Source of the DNA: Defluviitaleaceae bacterium | GTDB lineage: Bacteria; Bacillota; Clostridia; Lachnospirales; WRAX01 | Assembly (NCBI GenBank): GCA_009779935.1 | Contig: WRAX01000006.1 | Coordinates: 21,748-85,747 of the forward strand | Reading direction: 5' to 3' | DNA: 64,000 nt | Shown here: positions 26,963 through 35,296 of the stretch, piece after piece | How positions within the stretch are numbered: position 1 is the first letter of the stretch | Layout of the letters: every line of letters begins with the position of its first letter | Translations under genes and position numbers: made by a program | Notes under the pieces: generated by a model | The model's input: only the letters and a program-made list of their open reading frames with translations | The model's database searches: none | What the model was told of the DNA's origin: nothing

Positions 26963-28288
26963 ATGGACAAATTTAAGGACATGAAAGTAGCTTTGGTTTC
27001 GTTGGGATGCGACAAAAATACTGTTGATAGTGAAATAATGCTGGGCATTTTGGCACAACAAGGCTTTGTGCTAACCGCCGATACAGCGCAAGCAGAAATC
27101 ATAATAATCAACACCTGCGGCTTTTTGCAGGATGCGGTGGATGAAAGTTATATGGAGATACAAGCGGCAATCGCCCAAAAGCAGGCGGGTGTATGCCGTG
27201 CCATTATCGTAACAGGCTGCGCCGCCGCCCGTTATAAGGAAGAAATCTTGGGCTTGGATGGGGTTGATGGGGTAATGGGCGTGGATGAATACGCCAACCT
27301 TATCCCTGTGGTGCAAAGGGCTTTGGGGCAAAGCGCAACCGTTAAGCCTCTAACTGCCGACCTTGCCATGCTTCGCATTCCTTCCACCCCCAAACATTAT
27401 GCCTACCTACGCATTGCAGAGGGTTGTGATAAAAATTGTACATACTGCACAATACCCGCAATTAGGGGGGCATACACATCCCACCCCATGGAAAATATTT
27501 TGGAAGAAGCCGCACGTTTAGCCGGCCTGGGTGTTAAAGAGCTTATTTTGGTAGCGCAAGACACCACCTTGTATGGAACGGATATATATGAAGAGCAAAA
27601 GCTCCATGTCCTGCTGAACAAGTTGTCGAAAATCGATGGCATACACTGGCTTCGCCTGTTGTATTGCTACCCCGAGCATATTTATGATGATTTGCTGGAA
27701 GAAATGGCGAAAAACCCCAAAATACTGCCCTATATCGACCTGCCAATACAGCATTGCAGCGATAAAATTTTGAAGTTGATGAACCGTAAAAGCACCGAGG
27801 AAAAGTTGCGCAATACCATCGCCCATATCCGCAAAGCAGTGCCGGGCGTTACTTTGCGCACCACCTTAATCACGGGCTTCCCCGGCGAAACTAAGGAAGA
27901 TTTTCAAAACCTTTGTAACTTTATCGAAGATATGAAATTTGACCGCTTGGGAGTTTTCCCTTATTCACGGGAAGAAGGTACCCCCGCCGACAATCTTCCC
28001 AACCATTTGGAAGAAAAAACTAAAATCGCCCGCCATGACCGTTTAATGAAAATACAACAGCGCATTTCTGCGGAAAACTTGGCACTGCGCAAGGGTGATG
28101 TTTATGAAATAGTAGTGGAGGGCATGGAAGAAAACGGCATATACCTCGGCCGCTCCTATGCTGAAGCTCCTGATATTGACGGCATCATCTTTATTTCCAG
28201 TGAAAAGGAATTGGAAATGGGCGGTCTTGTGCAAGTCAAAATAACCGAAACATGGGAGTATGATATGATGGGGGAAGTTTTCGATTAA
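26963..28288 (+). CDS. rimO: ribosomal protein S12 methylthiotransferase
   Basis: MTTase N-domain (VALVSLGCDKN), radical-SAM CxxxCxxC (CDKNCTYCTIP) and a TRAM-like C-terminus. The ATG at 26963 follows an AAGGAG RBS. The ORF-track start at 26918 is less likely. Confidence 0.85.
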   Translation: MDKFKDMKVALVSLGCDKNTVDSEIMLGILAQQGFVLTADTAQAEIIIINTCGFLQDAVDESYMEIQAAIAQKQAGVCRAIIVTGCAAARYKEEILGLDGVDGVMGVDEYANLIPVVQRALGQSATVKPLTADLAMLRIPSTPKHYAYLRIAEGCDKNCTYCTIPAIRGAYTSHPMENILEEAARLAGLGVKELILVAQDTTLYGTDIYEEQKLHVLLNKLSKIDGIHWLRLLYCYPEHIYDDLLEEMAKNPKILPYIDLPIQHCSDKILKLMNRKSTEEKLRNTIAHIRKAVPGVTLRTTLITGFPGETKEDFQNLCNFIEDMKFDRLGVFPYSREEGTPADNLPNHLEEKTKIARHDRLMKIQQRISAENLALRKGDVYEIVVEGMEENGIYLGRSYAEAPDIDGIIFISSEKELEMGGLVQVKITETWEYDMMGEVFD

Positions 28289-28451
28289 TTGCAAAACTTT
28301 CCAAAAAACTATTGACATATAGTGTGTATATATGCTAAAATCATTCTATCAGCATAAACAATTACATGGCAATATGTCAACGAGAGGTTAATACAGCATA
28401 GCCGGAAATATTACAAAGGGAAATTGTACTAATTTTTGGGAGATTTTTTTA

Positions 28452-29027
28452 ATGAAAAATTCGAAACTGAAAGTCGCCTCATTGATAATGGTAATGATAA
28501 TGGCTTTATCATCAATGTCAGTTTTTGCCTTTGCACCCGTTAATGAGAATCTTTTTGAAACAATGTTGCCTATACAGTATCTGGTAGATGAACTTTTAGA
28601 GCAAGGTGTTTATGAAATCAACATCGCAGAAAGCTTTGAGCTGGAAGATGGTCGCACCGCTCACATGCTACATGATGGTAGGATTTTTTACACAAAACCA
28701 ATACCCAATCTTCTTGATACGCTTACTTATTACGAACTAATAGCCCTGGAAGCTTACGGTTATGTTGTCAACGCCAAGGAAGCGGAAATTAAATTTGGCA
28801 CACTTAATGATGGGTCCGTTACATGGGCTTCTGTAATACGTGTATTCGGAAGTAATGAGCCCATTCCTGCCAATTCTTGGGCGACCGATATTGTAAATTT
28901 TAGAGTGTATGCCGGTTGGGTTCCCAGGGCGATTGTGGACATACTTCCGGACGGCGGTGCGCTTATGATGTTTAGAGGTTATATTCCATTTACAGGACAA
29001 TGGGCCGCCGATAAACCTTCACTATAA
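28452..29027 (+). CDS. secreted hypothetical protein (signal peptide)
   Basis: The N-terminus MKNSKLKVASLIMVMIMALSSMSVFAFA is signal-like. No family recognised. Confidence 0.6.
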   Translation: MKNSKLKVASLIMVMIMALSSMSVFAFAPVNENLFETMLPIQYLVDELLEQGVYEINIAESFELEDGRTAHMLHDGRIFYTKPIPNLLDTLTYYELIALEAYGYVVNAKEAEIKFGTLNDGSVTWASVIRVFGSNEPIPANSWATDIVNFRVYAGWVPRAIVDILPDGGALMMFRGYIPFTGQWAADKPSL

Positions 29028-29105
29028 ACTGCGTCTTATCGGCGCAGTTTTTTGTTTTGACTTAATAATGATAATATGGTATAATATTGGTTTGGAGGGG
29101 TTGTT

Positions 29106-29657
29106 ATGAATTTACCAAATAAACTAACAATAGGGCGGGTGTGCATGATACCGCTTTTTGTTGTTTCCCTGCACGGTGCAGGGTGGGGATGGTATGACGA
29201 AATAACCGCCCGCATCATCGCCGCATCCATATTCATCCTTGCTGCCTTAACCGACTTTTTGGATGGCTACCTTGCCCGCAAATTAAACCTTATCAGCGAT
29301 TTTGGTAAGTTTATGGACCCCCTTGCCGATAAGGTGCTGGTAATGGCCGCCATGGTATATTTACTGTGGCTTGGCAGCATCCCCCCTTGGGTTTTGGTTG
29401 TTGTGGAAGGGCGGGAATTTCTTATAGCAGGCCTGCGCATGCTTGCCGCCGGCAAGGGTATTGTAATATCGGCAGGTTTTTTGGGCAAAATTAAAACAAT
29501 AGCCCAAATGGTGATGATACCTGTGGTTTTGGTTAATTTTGATCATCCCGCCGCCTACTGGACGGGTATTGTGCTTATTTATGCCTGTGTTGCCCTTTCA
29601 ATAGTTTCCGCTGTGGACTATATGTGGCGCAACCGCCATATCTTTAAGTCGATTTAA
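29106..29657 (+). CDS. pgsA: CDP-diacylglycerol--glycerol-3-phosphate 3-phosphatidyltransferase
   Basis: CDP-alcohol phosphatidyltransferase motif DFLDGYLARKLNLISDFGKFMDPLADK on a multi-TM protein. GGAGGGG RBS. Confidence 0.9.
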   Translation: MNLPNKLTIGRVCMIPLFVVSLHGAGWGWYDEITARIIAASIFILAALTDFLDGYLARKLNLISDFGKFMDPLADKVLVMAAMVYLLWLGSIPPWVLVVVEGREFLIAGLRMLAAGKGIVISAGFLGKIKTIAQMVMIPVVLVNFDHPAAYWTGIVLIYACVALSIVSAVDYMWRNRHIFKSI

Positions 29658-29688
29658 TTGCATATTTGGCTTTATCGGAGGTAATGTA

Positions 29689-30090
29689 TTGGAAAAACAA
29701 ACTTTTGCCCGGCGCATACTGGCAACCAACACTTTTGTAATTATCAGTGTATTTTTTACCGCCGCCATGGTGGTTAATTTAGCAGCTTCCTTTTTCATCA
29801 GTGATGTGGAAATTACAGAGGGTATTGTGATTTCCCGCCTGCTTGTATCCATTTTTGCAGGGGGCAGCCTTTGGCTTTACAAGCGTTTTGATAATCCCTT
29901 TGCGGCTCTTGCTGTCCACATTATCAGCCTATTAGTGTTTTCTGTGGTGCAATGGTGGATTACAGGTAGCTTGCTAAGCTTACACGAATACAGCATTTGG
30001 AGCGGACTACCCCATGTTCTGATTGGCTATGGTGCGGCGGCGGTTTTGGTGGTTTTTGGAATGTTAATGGCAAAACGCCGCAATGGATAA
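29689..30090 (+). CDS. hypothetical integral membrane protein
   Basis: TTG start after GGAGG. Four hydrophobic segments. The end overlaps the next gene. Confidence 0.55.
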   Translation: MEKQTFARRILATNTFVIISVFFTAAMVVNLAASFFISDVEITEGIVISRLLVSIFAGGSLWLYKRFDNPFAALAVHIISLLVFSVVQWWITGSLLSLHEYSIWSGLPHVLIGYGAAAVLVVFGMLMAKRRNG

Positions 30091-30568
30091 AACAGCAGAA
30101 ATTGTAGCAACCCTCGCCGCCAAAGGGCTGAAAGTTGCCATTGCAGAATCGCTGACAGGCGGGGCGATTGCCGCCGCATTGGTTTCCGTGGCAGGCGCAT
30201 CTGCTGTGCTGGATGAGGCTATGATAACATACAGCAATGCCGCAAAAGTGGCACGGCTTGGGGTTTTGCAAACCACGCTGGATACTTACGGTGCGGTAAG
30301 TCCCCAAACAGCACAGGAAATGGCAGCCGGCATAGCCCGCACTGCAAATGCCCGCATTGGACTTGCCACAACAGGCATAGCAGGCCCGGGCGGCGGCACG
30401 CCCCAAAAGCCCGTAGGGCTGGTATACATCGCCCTGCATGTGGATGGCAATACCACCGCCCGCAAATTTAATTTTTACGGTGATAGACAGGCAATTATCA
30501 ACCAAACAGTTTTCCAAAGCTTGCAGTTGTTAGGGGGGTTTTATGATTGCAACAGAAAAACTAATTAA
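30083..30568 (+). CDS. pncC: CinA-family (C-terminal, PncC-like) nicotinamide-nucleotide amidohydrolase domain protein
   Basis: IAESLTGGAIAAALVSVAGASAVLDEAMITYSNAAK and GIAGPGGGTPQKPVGLVYIAL are hallmark CinA C-domain blocks. The gene sits in the classic position upstream of recA. Confidence 0.8.
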   Translation: MDKTAEIVATLAAKGLKVAIAESLTGGAIAAALVSVAGASAVLDEAMITYSNAAKVARLGVLQTTLDTYGAVSPQTAQEMAAGIARTANARIGLATTGIAGPGGGTPQKPVGLVYIALHVDGNTTARKFNFYGDRQAIINQTVFQSLQLLGGFYDCNRKTN

Positions 30569-30677
30569 CAGGATAGAAACTCTCACACCCGGCAATCGTA
30601 ATCGTGTGATGGAATTTATTGACAAAATCGAAGAAAGGGACTCCATAGAGGATGATGAGGCTTGGGCACATTGGTGT
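30543..30677 (+). CDS. possible 44-aa small protein
   Basis: MIATEKLINRIETLTPGNRNRVMEFIDKIEERDSIEDDEAWAHWC with a GGGGGG RBS, overlapping the cinA-domain gene end. It is below the ORF-track cutoff and remains speculative. Confidence 0.25.
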
Positions 30678-30872
30678 TAGGGACATATGCGACCACACCC
30701 AATATAATCCATCCCCAGGAATTATTTACGATTCAAAAAAAGTCGCATTTTATATGTTGCAGGCAAAATCAGTTCCAGAAAAATCAAAGAAGTGGATATA
30801 TAGCGAACCTACTTCAAAGTCGTGATTGTGCGTTCGATATAGCCTTAATAAAAATTTTGGAGGTAAGCACAA

Positions 30873-32054
30873 ATGAGTGACACAGATAAAAGCAAAAAAG
30901 ATGCCCTAAAAACCGCCCTTGCCAATATTGAAAAAAGTTTTGGTAAGGGTAGCGTGATGAAAATGGGCGAAAAAACAGCAGGCATGAAGATTGCGTGCAT
31001 TCCATCAGGCTCGTTAAGCTTGGATGTAGCTTTGGGGGTGGGAGGTTTTCCCCGTGGGCGGATTATTGAGATTTTTGGACCCGAATCTTCCGGAAAAACA
31101 ACTGTTGCCCTGCACCTAATAGCAGAAGCGCAGAAACTGGGCGGCATTGTGGCGTTTATTGATGCCGAGCATGCTCTGGATCCGGTATATGCCAAAAACC
31201 TTGGCGTCGATATTGATGAACTTTACATATCCCAACCTGATAATGGCGAACAAGCCTTGGATATTGCCGACGAAATGGTGCGCTCGGGTGCAATTGATGT
31301 TATCGTCATAGATTCAGTTGCAGCCCTTGTGCCAAAGGCAGAAATTGAAGGGGATATGGGGGACAGCCACATGGGCTTGCATGCCCGCCTAATGTCCCAA
31401 GCCTTGCGTAAATTAACTGCTTTATCCAACAAAAACAACTGTGTAATACTTTTCACCAACCAGCTGCGGGAAAAAATTGGTGCCTATGGCAACCCAGAAA
31501 CCACCACGGGTGGGCGGGCATTAAAATTTTACGCATCTGTACGCCTTGATATACGCCGTGTAAGCAAAGGCGAGATTAAGGAAGGTGAAAAGCATATCGG
31601 CTTCCGCACCAAGGTTAAGGTGGTTAAAAACAAACTTGCCCCGCCCTTTAAGGTCTGCGAATTTGATATAATCTTCGGTAAGGGCATTGCCAAGGGTAGT
31701 GATATTTTGGATTTGGCAACGGAGCTTGAAATTGTAAAGCGCAGCGGATCTTGGTTTAGTTATGGGGACTTGCGCCTTGGGCAGGGTAAGGACAAATCCA
31801 ACCAATATTTGGACGAAAACCCCGAATTAAAAGCAGAAATAGAACTGGCAGTGCGCAACCACTTTGGCATGGACGATAAACCCAAGGTGTTGGAGCAAAA
31901 AGCCCCGGCAGCAGAGGAAAAACCCGCAAAAAAATCAAGCAAAAAGAGCAAAAAGGCCGATGATGAAATTATAGCAGAAATCGACCTGGACGAGGATGAG
32001 ATAAGCGAAATTATTCAAGAAATGGGACTGGAGGAAGACCCGGAGAATGAGTAA
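30873..32054 (+). CDS. recA: recombinase A with an extended charged C-terminal tail
   Basis: GPESSGKTT Walker A and full RecA core blocks. 393 aa, with a tail [20 protein letters not shown]...EEDPENE. Confidence 0.97.
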   Translation: MSDTDKSKKDALKTALANIEKSFGKGSVMKMGEKTAGMKIACIPSGSLSLDVALGVGGFPRGRIIEIFGPESSGKTTVALHLIAEAQKLGGIVAFIDAEHALDPVYAKNLGVDIDELYISQPDNGEQALDIADEMVRSGAIDVIVIDSVAALVPKAEIEGDMGDSHMGLHARLMSQALRKLTALSNKNNCVILFTNQLREKIGAYGNPETTTGGRALKFYASVRLDIRRVSKGEIKEGEKHIGFRTKVKVVKNKLAPPFKVCEFDIIFGKGIAKGSDILDLATELEIVKRSGSWFSYGDLRLGQGKDKSNQYLDENPELKAEIELAVRNHFGMDDKPKVLEQKAPAAEEKPAKKSSKKSKKADDEIIAEIDLDEDEISEIIQEMGLEEDPENE

Positions 32055-32583
32055 AGGCAAGCGTGAAGTTTATGCAGAAAACCAGTTGGTGCGGCTGGTG
32101 GAAACCCGCAAAAAAGATGCCCAAGCCGCCTTCGAAAACTGGCAGGACCCAGATACAATAAAAGGCTTTAACGGCCGACACGTGCGTAGCATACAGCAAT
32201 ACCGTGCCAAATTCGAGGATTGGGACAGCGGCAAATGGTTTTTTTACTGCGCCGTACAAGAAGTTGCCACAGGGGAAATTGTGGGCTGCATCAGCGTTTC
32301 TAACGAACCTCATGATTTGGCAATTTGGCTTTTTGCGCCCCACCGTGGTCGTGGGCTTGGTGTTGCCGCCTTTTCCCTTGCCACCAATTATGTAACCGAA
32401 GCCCTTGATGTGGAAAGGCTGTATGCGGGAGCCATGGAGGATAACCTGCGTGCCCAAGCCATGCTTAAAAAATGCGGCTATATCCCCCACCCCGTGGGCA
32501 ACTTCACCACCACCCACTACGAAACCGGTGAGGAGTTTACCGAGCTGGATCATATTTACATTCCGCCCTGGCAACTGCCATGA
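32047..32583 (+). CDS. GNAT-family N-acetyltransferase
   Basis: The [17 protein letters not shown] acetyl-CoA binding pattern. The start overlaps the recA stop by 8 nt and the stop overlaps the recX start (ATGA). Confidence 0.8.
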   Translation: MSKGKREVYAENQLVRLVETRKKDAQAAFENWQDPDTIKGFNGRHVRSIQQYRAKFEDWDSGKWFFYCAVQEVATGEIVGCISVSNEPHDLAIWLFAPHRGRGLGVAAFSLATNYVTEALDVERLYAGAMEDNLRAQAMLKKCGYIPHPVGNFTTTHYETGEEFTELDHIYIPPWQLP

Positions 32584-33227
32584 AGATTACCGACATAACC
32601 CAGCAAGCCAAAAACCCCAAGCGGTATTCTATTTTTGTTGATGGCCGCTTTGCTTTTGGTATCCATGGTGTAGATTTGCTTTGTCACGGCTTGGAAATTG
32701 GGGATGTTTTGGATGATGGGCAGCTTGATAAAATCCGCCATGAAGCGGAATTTGCCGCCGCCAGGGATTCGGCTGTAAAATATTTGGGTCGTGGAATCAA
32801 ATCCAACAAACAGGTAAGGGATAATTTGGAAGCTAAGGAATTTTCCCGGGAAAGCATCGATAAGGTGGTGGAAATGCTTACACAGCGTGGTTATTTAGAC
32901 GATATAGCCTATGCTGCGGCCTTTATCGCCCAAAAAACTAAATTGAACAATTTTGGGCGGTATCGTATAGAACAGGAATTGCGGGCAAAAGGCGTATCTG
33001 ATAAAAATATTAAGCTGGCATATGCAAATATGGATGATGAAGGCGAAGAACGGGATGATCTAACCATTGCCAAGTCCGCTTTGGAAAAAAAGTTGCGCCA
33101 CAAGGATATAACCCAAATTGCCCAAAACCCAAAAGATGTGCAAAAGTTAAAAGCCTTTCTTGCACGCCGTGGCTTTGATTTTGAAACAGCGGACAAGGTT
33201 GTGGACATTTTTTTACAAAAAAAATGA
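32580..33227 (+). CDS. recX: recombination regulator RecX
   Basis: Three-helix-repeat RecX pattern (AVKYLGRGIKSNKQVRDNLEAKEF, VVEMLTQRGYLDDIAYAAAFI, RIEQELRAKGVS), downstream of recA. Confidence 0.85.
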   Translation: MKITDITQQAKNPKRYSIFVDGRFAFGIHGVDLLCHGLEIGDVLDDGQLDKIRHEAEFAAARDSAVKYLGRGIKSNKQVRDNLEAKEFSRESIDKVVEMLTQRGYLDDIAYAAAFIAQKTKLNNFGRYRIEQELRAKGVSDKNIKLAYANMDDEGEERDDLTIAKSALEKKLRHKDITQIAQNPKDVQKLKAFLARRGFDFETADKVVDIFLQKK

Positions 33228-33234
33228 AAAAATA

Positions 33235-33263
33235 TTTACAATCCTGTACTCTTGTGTTATAGT
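33235..33263 (+). promoter_or_regulatory. sigmaA-type promoter (extended -10)
   Basis: TTTACA (33235-33240), a 17-nt spacer, then TGtTATAGT (33255-33263). Confidence 0.6.
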
Positions 33264-33282
33264 TTAATTATACAGCAAACGC

Positions 33283-33430
33283 ACTTCAAATTCGTGATTG
33301 TGCGTTCGGGCAAAACCAATCCAAAATGTCTTGCCTTACACTTTCGCTTTGCGAAAACGGCCTTTGGCCGGGTTTGCCCTTAGGGCAAACTGCTGGGTCA
33401 TTTTGGATAGCCCTCCTTCAATCACACTTT
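33283..33430 (+). promoter_or_regulatory. highly structured 5' leader RNA upstream of the carD-like gene
   Basis: Nested long-range helices: 33294-33300 with 33419-33425, 33308-33311 with 33410-33413, and 33319-33328 with 33399-33408. They enclose three perfect hairpins at 33342-33356, 33358-33370 and 33372-33390. Confidence 0.4.
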
Positions 33431-33484
33431 TCAGGTGCATTGCTATACATAGCAACCGCAAACAATATATGAAAGGAGAAATAA

Positions 33485-33979
33485 ATGTACAAAATCGGCG
33501 ATGCCGTGGTGTATCCTATGCACGGTGCCGGCTTTATTGAAGACTTCGAAGTAAAAAACATCGATGGTGTAAGCCGCAATTATTGCATATTGCGCTTTCC
33601 ATTAGGCGACCTTAAAATCATGCTTTGCGAGGATTCCCTTCCCCACATAAACATGCGCCGCATCATGCCGCCCGACGATATTGCGGAAACCCTTACACGT
33701 ATCACCCGCAAAAAACTTGGCGCAGGCAGTGATAATTGGAGCCAGCGTTATAAGGATAACTTGGAAAGAATCAAAACCGGTTTGTTGCAAGAATCCGCCT
33801 CGGTATTTTATGAGTTGCATTGCCGTGAAAGGTTAAAAGGTCTAAGCGGTGCGGAAAAAAAGATTATGATAACCGCCAAAAAAGTTATCCTATCGGAAAT
33901 TATGATTTCCTATAATATCGAAAAAAATATTGCAGAAGAAATTTTAGAAAGTTATTTGGAGCAAAAGGTTGCTATGTAA
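33485..33979 (+). CDS. CarD-family transcriptional regulator
   Basis: The N-terminal MYKIGDAVVYPMHGAGFIEDFEVKNIDG... pattern is the CarD/CdnL/TRCF RNAP-interaction domain. 164 aa. Confidence 0.85.
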   Translation: MYKIGDAVVYPMHGAGFIEDFEVKNIDGVSRNYCILRFPLGDLKIMLCEDSLPHINMRRIMPPDDIAETLTRITRKKLGAGSDNWSQRYKDNLERIKTGLLQESASVFYELHCRERLKGLSGAEKKIMITAKKVILSEIMISYNIEKNIAEEILESYLEQKVAM

Positions 33980-33993
33980 ATTTGCCGTATATG

Positions 33994-34030
33994 AAAAGGG
34001 ATGCCGAGTGTGACAGCATCCCTTTTCGGG
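33994..34030 (+). terminator. hairpin terminator candidate
   Basis: aaaagggatgc (33994-34004) pairs with gcatccctttt (34016-34026). Confidence 0.5.
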
Positions 34031-34155
34031 CGTTTTGGTAAAACGCCGTGCAAGCCTTACAAAATCCAACCCTTTGGGTTAAGGTTATTATCTTACGCAA
34101 TAGCCTTTTTTATACAAGCGGCAAAACTTGGATTTTATTTCCAGTACACAAATTG

Positions 34156-35037
34156 TTATTGAGCAATCATATTGCCATCCAAGCTTCTGCCGTTAAGGTT
34201 GGCATTGCGCAATGTGGTTGCATTGCGGGTTGTGGCGGTTCTTGGGGTGGTGCGTGTGCGCAATGTTGCGCCATCCCTTGCAACACCATCCCTAACATTA
34301 ACACCATCACGGATTGCGGGATTGCGGGTTAAACCGTCTCTATGCGCACCATCTCTCGATACACCATCACGATTGCGTGTTACGCCATCTCTCGATACAC
34401 CATCACTGTTGTGTGTTACGCCATCTCTAAACAAGCCGTCACGGTTATGGGTTGCTCCGTCACGTATCACGCCGTCACGCACATCACCTTCCCGCACAAC
34501 ACCACGGTTGGCGATTTCATCCACACGGCCATTTTGTAAACCTGCTTCGTTTGCAATACGGTCATTACGTAAAGTATTGTTGTGTAGATTGGCGTTGTTG
34601 TTGTGTAGATTAACATTTTCATGCCTCAAACCGTTTGTGCCTTGATGTCCTCTACCATCCACCATACGTGGTTGGCCCGGTGTGGTTGGTCGGGTGTTCC
34701 GGTTTGTTACGCCGTCATTAATACCGTGTAAACCATCTTGTGTTAGGTAGTGGTTTTCCCTAACGGTTCTGTCTACACCTCTGCGTACATTGTAGCGGGT
34801 GTTGTTAAGGTTGTTACCCAGCCGCCTGCCCAATTGGGTATTGGTTGTGTTGCGGTTAAAACCCCTGTGGGTGCGGAAGTTGCGCACAGTGCGCCCTGTT
34901 GGTGTCACTTCTTGCCTTACAATACCATCATTTGCACGGTTTAGCCCGTGGGCGTTGTTGGCAAGGTTTGTACCGCATCCTGTGGCAGCCAGTGCCACCA
35001 AAGCAACGGCCGCAGTTGTTAGGATTCTTCTTTTCAT
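34156..35037 (-). CDS. repeat-rich lipoprotein (Arg/Asn/Asp/Gly/Thr-rich, RDGV-type repeats)
   Basis: Lipobox LAATGC in MKRRILTTAAVALVALAATGCG. The body is low complexity with reiterated (V/L)(T/S)R(D/N)GV units. Confidence 0.7.
   Translation of the reverse strand: MKRRILTTAAVALVALAATGCGTNLANNAHGLNRANDGIVRQEVTPTGRTVRNFRTHRGFNRNTTNTQLGRRLGNNLNNTRYNVRRGVDRTVRENHYLTQDGLHGINDGVTNRNTRPTTPGQPRMVDGRGHQGTNGLRHENVNLHNNNANLHNNTLRNDRIANEAGLQNGRVDEIANRGVVREGDVRDGVIRDGATHNRDGLFRDGVTHNSDGVSRDGVTRNRDGVSRDGAHRDGLTRNPAIRDGVNVRDGVARDGATLRTRTTPRTATTRNATTLRNANLNGRSLDGNMIAQ
34349..34456. repeat. 36-bp tandem coding repeat (two near-perfect copies plus one degenerate)
   Basis: ccatctctcgatacaccatcacgattgcgtgttacg (34349-34384) is repeated at 34385-34420 with 2 changes. 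A third, degenerate copy follows. Confidence 0.7.
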
Positions 35038-35296
35038 TTTGTTACTCCCCCTTTATATTGCAGCAGTTTGCATTTCGTTGACCCCTCTGCTTCGCCGAAA
35101 ACAGTGTGAAGCTTACCGATTTCCGGCTCGCATATGGGCTACTCAAAGTCAAACTGCTGGAAGAGGTCGGTCTTGGATTTGCCGAGCTTTTCGGCATATC
35201 CAACGCCGCCTCGTAATATTATTTTGGCACGGGGGCAAAATTAAATACTGTATAGGTTTTGGATAAGTTTGATTAAAATGACAGGAGGGCGGTTTT

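Noticed and set aside
29960-30517. A 185-aa Cys/Gly-rich minus-strand ORF
   Set aside because: It is antisense to the CinA-domain gene and the upstream membrane protein gene. Its composition is not protein-like.
30700-30872. A LexA (Cheo box, CGAAC-N4-GTTCG) operator upstream of recA, and likewise upstream of uvrB (61825-61900)
   Set aside because: CGAAC and GTTCG half-sites occur upstream of recA but are 23 nt apart, not 4. Nothing resembling the box was seen upstream of uvrB. I therefore make no SOS-box call.
34349-34456. 36-bp direct repeats as a possible CRISPR array
   Set aside because: The repeats are contiguous with no spacers, lie inside a coding frame and encode the protein's peptide repeats. 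No cas genes are present in the window.
34172-34645. A 157-aa plus-strand ORF and other ORFs overlapping the repeat lipoprotein gene
   Set aside because: The repeat-driven low-complexity sequence is open in several frames. Only the minus-strand frame has an RBS, a lipobox signal peptide and a sensible start.
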